The translations under genes and the position numbers were made by a program. 64,000 nt of DNA, taken from Bacteroidota bacterium. GTDB taxonomy: Bacteria > Bacteroidota > Bacteroidia > 2-12-FULL-35-15. The first letter of the stretch is position 1. Each line of letters starts with the position of its first letter. The notes under the pieces are model-generated. The model ran no database searches and was not told the origin of the DNA. It worked only from the letters and a program-made list of their open reading frames with translations. Below are positions 60,635 through 64,000 of the stretch, in pieces. The stretch covers positions 30,904 through 94,903 of the forward strand of contig JAZKDU010000017.1 of assembly GCA_040387415.1 (NCBI GenBank), in the 5' to 3' direction.

Positions 60635-61849
60635 TTAAGATTTAGCGATTGATTTTTTTATTTTCATAATTTCCCCCACTATATCCTTAGCAACTTCTGA
60701 CTTGCTTTTTAACTCAAATTTTATTGATTTATTGTCCTTACTAATAATAGTTATTTTGTTGGTATCCGTTTTAAAACCTGCACCACTATCATTCAATGAA
60801 TTAAGAACTATCAGATCGAGATTTTTCTTTTTTATTTTTGCTTTTGCATTCTCATTTTCATTTTCTGTTTCAAGCGCAAAACCAATTAATAGCTGGTTTG
60901 ACTTTTTGAGTCTGCCCAATTCTTCAAGTGTATCCATGGTTGGAATCAGATCAATCGTTTTAGTGGCTGTAGCCTTTTTTATTTTCTGACCGGCCACTGT
61001 TGCAGGTTTATAATCAGCAACCGCAGCTGAAAGCACTGCAATATCAGCTGATTTAAAAACCTTTAGCGATGCATTATATAACTCTTCTGCAGATGTAATA
61101 TTAATACGTTGAATGGCAGGATTATTTGTTGAAAGACTGTTGGGGCCGCACACCAAGGTGACTTCAGCCCCCTGTTTGGCAAATTCTTCTGCAATAGCAA
61201 ATCCCATTTTACCGGATGAATGGTTACCAATAAAACGAACAGGATCAATAGCTTCATAGGTAGGTCCGGCTGTTACCAGTACTTTTTTACCGGATAAAGG
61301 TAATTTTTGAGAAAGTGCCTTTGTAAGATCATTAACAATTTCTTCCGGTTCAGCCATACGTCCTTCACCGTTTAAACCACTTGCCAGTTCTCCCGTTCCG
61401 GGATTTATAATATAGTTACCGAATGATTTTAAACGTTTTAAATTTTCGGTTGTTGCCGGATGTTTGTACATATCCAGATCCATTGCTGGAGCAACATACA
61501 CTTTACAGCGTGCAGATAAATAAACAGCCAATAAAAGATTATCGCATATACCATTCGCCATTTTACCAATGGTAGTAGCGGATGCCGGAGCAATTACAAA
61601 TGCGTCCGCCCAAAGACCTAACTCAACATGGTTATTCCATAAACCTGTTTTGTCTTTAACAAAATCAATAAGTACCGGATTTTTGGAAAGGGTAGAAAGT
61701 GTGAGAGGAGTAATGAATTCTGTTGCTGCAGGTGTCATGATCACTTTAACGTTAGCACCTGCTTTTACAAGTAAACGAATTAAAAATGCTGATTTATAGG
61801 CAGCAATGCTGGCTGTTACACCAACTATGATATTTTTACCTTTTAGCAT
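60635..61849 (-). CDS. coaBC: bifunctional phosphopantothenoylcysteine decarboxylase / phosphopantothenate-cysteine ligase
   Basis: '[23 protein letters not shown]' flavoprotein N-terminus. CoaB '[28 protein letters not shown]'. Confidence 0.9.
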   Translation of the reverse strand: MLKGKNIIVGVTASIAAYKSAFLIRLLVKAGANVKVIMTPAATEFITPLTLSTLSKNPVLIDFVKDKTGLWNNHVELGLWADAFVIAPASATTIGKMANGICDNLLLAVYLSARCKVYVAPAMDLDMYKHPATTENLKRLKSFGNYIINPGTGELASGLNGEGRMAEPEEIVNDLTKALSQKLPLSGKKVLVTAGPTYEAIDPVRFIGNHSSGKMGFAIAEEFAKQGAEVTLVCGPNSLSTNNPAIQRINITSAEELYNASLKVFKSADIAVLSAAVADYKPATVAGQKIKKATATKTIDLIPTMDTLEELGRLKKSNQLLIGFALETENENENAKAKIKKKNLDLIVLNSLNDSGAGFKTDTNKITIISKDNKSIKFELKSKSEVAKDIVGEIMKIKKSIAKS

Positions 61850-61929
61850 TAAAGTAAATTGGCAATCGGCAATTATCAGTTTGCAAATTCGCCCACTGAT
61901 AATTGCTGACTGCCAATTATTTTAGTTTG

Positions 61930-62268
61930 TTATTTTTCTAATTCGTTAGTCGCTGCAGTAGGATTACGGTGGTAAATTTTACCATCAAAAAACTCCTGAA
62001 TAGCAATTAAAGAAGGCTTTGGTAAACGCTCATAAAATCTAGAGATCTCAATCTGCTCGCGGTTTTCAAAAATTTCTTCCAAATTATCAGTGTTAGAAGC
62101 AAATTCAGCCAATTTATTGGTTAATTCTTCTTTAATTTCAGAACTGATCTGGTTGGCACGTTTCGAAATGATCGCAATACTTTCGTAAATATTACCAGTA
62201 GTACCATCGAAATTTCTTAAATCGCGGGTAGTTGTAGTTAGATCTGCTGTCGTTTTTTTGTAGTCCAT
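61930..62268 (-). CDS. rpoZ: probable RNA polymerase omega subunit (Bacteroidota-type)
   Basis: 112 aa, 'NIYESIAIISKRANQI' resembles the omega core helix. Position between bamD and coaBC as in many Bacteroidota. Confidence 0.5.
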   Translation of the reverse strand: MDYKKTTADLTTTTRDLRNFDGTTGNIYESIAIISKRANQISSEIKEELTNKLAEFASNTDNLEEIFENREQIEISRFYERLPKPSLIAIQEFFDGKIYHRNPTAATNELEK

Positions 62269-62273
62269 TGTGT

Positions 62274-63170
62274 TTATGATGTTGGTTTATTATACTTTTC
62301 TAAATTCTTTAAAGCGCTGGTATAGACCAATTCCGCTTCATTTATGTATTGTCCGTTCGGATAATTATCCACAAATTTAATATAGGCATCAACGGATGCT
62401 TTAAAACGCTCTTGCTTTTTAGAGTCAATACTATTCAATGCAAGCAGATAGTATGATTTAATGATCAGGTAATTTAACTCTTCCTCATGTTTTGTACCCG
62501 GAAAATCTTTCAAATGTATATTAAAAGCTGCAACCGCGGCTTTGTAATCCGACATATTGTAATACAGTATGGCATTTTCGTACGATTTTTTATCCAATTT
62601 TGCTCTTAATTTATCAAGCATTTTATTGCATTCCGGTATACGGTCACTTTTTGGATACTGATTGGTAAAACGCTGAAACTCCCTGATTGCCACTTTGGTA
62701 TCTCCCTGATCAAGGCTGTATTGAGGTGAACTTAAATAAAAGCAGTACGCATTCATATAAGCACATTCTTCCGTGTGAATACTGGCCGGAAAAATCTTCA
62801 CAAAGTTCCGGAAATGGTAACCGGCAACAATATAATCTTCCAGGTTATAATTACAATAAGCATAATAGTAATGGATCTCTTCCGCCTTTGCCGTACCACG
62901 GAAAACACTCATTAACTCTTCAAAAAGTGTTAAGGCTCTGGAGTAATCTTCATGCTTAAAATATTTAACAGCGGCAGCGTATTTTGCTTCCATATCGCCA
63001 CTCTTAACCAGTTTGTTGTACTTACCAATGGTTAAGCTTTTACGATCCTTTTTTTCTTTTTCGTTGGATTCATACACCTTTTTTTCACTGTTGCATGAAG
63101 TAATACCGCATAGCAATACCACGAAAACGAATAATATGTTGAATTGTCTTTTTAGCATAAAGGATTGCAA
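62274..63170 (-). CDS. bamD: outer-membrane protein assembly factor BamD (TPR lipoprotein)
   Basis: Lipoprotein signal 'LLCGITSC'. TPR-like repeats with 'YxxAxxxFxxxDY' spacing. Synteny with rpoZ-coaBC. Confidence 0.7.
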   Translation of the reverse strand: MQSFMLKRQFNILFVFVVLLCGITSCNSEKKVYESNEKEKKDRKSLTIGKYNKLVKSGDMEAKYAAAVKYFKHEDYSRALTLFEELMSVFRGTAKAEEIHYYYAYCNYNLEDYIVAGYHFRNFVKIFPASIHTEECAYMNAYCFYLSSPQYSLDQGDTKVAIREFQRFTNQYPKSDRIPECNKMLDKLRAKLDKKSYENAILYYNMSDYKAAVAAFNIHLKDFPGTKHEEELNYLIIKSYYLLALNSIDSKKQERFKASVDAYIKFVDNYPNGQYINEAELVYTSALKNLEKYNKPTS

Positions 63171-63315
63171 ATATACGTTTTTTGGATCAAATATCCCATT
63201 TTATTGTTTTTTATTGATTTAAAGCCTGTTAATAATCAAAAACCTTTGAAAATAAGGGATAAAAAGTTTAATTTCGCGACAGAATTTTTTTTAAAACCAG
63301 AACAATAACGACATT

Positions 63316-64000
63316 ATGAAAGATTTATTTGAGAAGATAAAAGCTAATCGTGGACCAATTGGAATGCACGCAAAACAATCGCACGGTTATTTTACATTTC
63401 CTAAACTGGAAGGCGATATTGCACCACGTATGATTTTTCGTGGTAAAGAGCGTTTAAACTGGAGCTTAAATAATTACCTGGGATTAGCAAATCATCCGGA
63501 AGTACGCAAGGCTGATGCCGATGCTGCTGCTGAATATGGTTTTGCAATGCCAATGGGAGCCCGCATGATGAGTGGTAATTCAAATTACCATGAGCAATTA
63601 GAGGCTGAACTATCCACATTTGTTCAAAAAGAAGATACGATACTTTGTAATTTCGGATACCAGGCAATGGTTTCGGCAATTGACTGCTTAGTGGACCGCC
63701 ATGATGTTATTGTATATGATGCTGAATCACATGCTTGTATTTTAGATGGTGTTCGTTTACACATGGGAAAACGCTATGTGTTCAAACATAATGATATCGC
63801 TGATTGCGAAAAACAACTGGCACGTGCAACCAAACTTGCTGAAGAGCAAAATGGTTCCATTTTGGTGATTACCGAAGGTGTATTTGGTATGCGTGGCGAT
63901 CAGGGGAAATTAAAAGAGATTGTTGAATTAAAGAAAAAATTCAATTTCCGTTTATTTGTGGATGATGCGCACGGTATTGGTACAATGGGTGCAACAGGTG
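63316..64000 (+). CDS. PLP-dependent alpha-oxoamine synthase family acyltransferase (Kbl / serine-palmitoyltransferase-like), 5' partial
   Basis: 'NNYLGLANHPEV' matches glycine C-acetyltransferase/AONS/SPT motif. Continues past the window end. Confidence 0.8.
   Translation, partial: MKDLFEKIKANRGPIGMHAKQSHGYFTFPKLEGDIAPRMIFRGKERLNWSLNNYLGLANHPEVRKADADAAAEYGFAMPMGARMMSGNSNYHEQLEAELSTFVQKEDTILCNFGYQAMVSAIDCLVDRHDVIVYDAESHACILDGVRLHMGKRYVFKHNDIADCEKQLARATKLAEEQNGSILVITEGVFGMRGDQGKLKEIVELKKKFNFRLFVDDAHGIGTMGATG

Noticed and set aside
1-64000. CRISPR arrays, cas genes, integrases, transposases, restriction-modification or other defence operons
   Set aside because: I scanned for regular direct repeats and for recombinase/transposase-like translations. 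None were found. HipBA is the only toxin-type module.

Overview
This looks like a low-GC chromosomal segment from a Bacteroidota genome, probably Sphingobacteriia or Chitinophagia-like. I infer that from type-IX-secretion (T9SS) C-terminal sorting domains, a CarboxypepD_reg TonB receptor, Reg_prop/Y_Y_Y repeat proteins, bamD-rpoZ-coaBC synteny and TAnnTTTG-type promoter motifs. Coding density is high and most of the content is housekeeping: msrA, smpB, recN, fabI, pyrD, coaBC, bamD, a fadBA beta-oxidation pair, HMG-CoA lyase with an acyl-CoA dehydrogenase and a CoA-transferase, and two membrane desaturases. I found no CRISPR array, integrase, transposase or recognisable defence operon. The blocks worth a second look are: (1) an envelope-lipid remodelling cluster (msrA-desaturase-GT83, GT2, PAP2 phosphatase-ArnT-like GT83) split by a HipBA toxin-antitoxin pair, a tRNA(CAT) and a histone-H1-like/SRPBCC fusion gene; (2) a MntR-MntH(Usp fusion) Mn-uptake operon divergent from a TonB-dependent receptor that carries a DtxR-like palindrome; (3) a run of T9SS cargo genes, including a Porphyromonas-type peptidylarginine/agmatine deiminase homologue, a PKD/choice-of-anchor protein, a GloVer-repeat protein and an SGNH hydrolase; (4) a cyanophycin synthetase embedded in an acyl-CoA catabolic cluster; (5) a 1225-aa periplasmic beta-propeller sensor whose output is a PP2C/SpoIIE phosphatase; (6) several two-component systems (PAS-HK with Rcp-like RR; MASE1-HisKA_2 HK with a standalone receiver and a FecR-N-like fragment); and (7) unexplained structured non-coding DNA, most notably a perfect 28-bp inverted repeat with a 91-bp spacer between pyrD and the HMG-CoA lyase gene, an inverted/tandem 'aattctcc' repeat block between fadB and fadA, and a ~460-nt non-coding gap. 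All calls rest on reading the sequence and the provided translations by eye. I ran no database searches.
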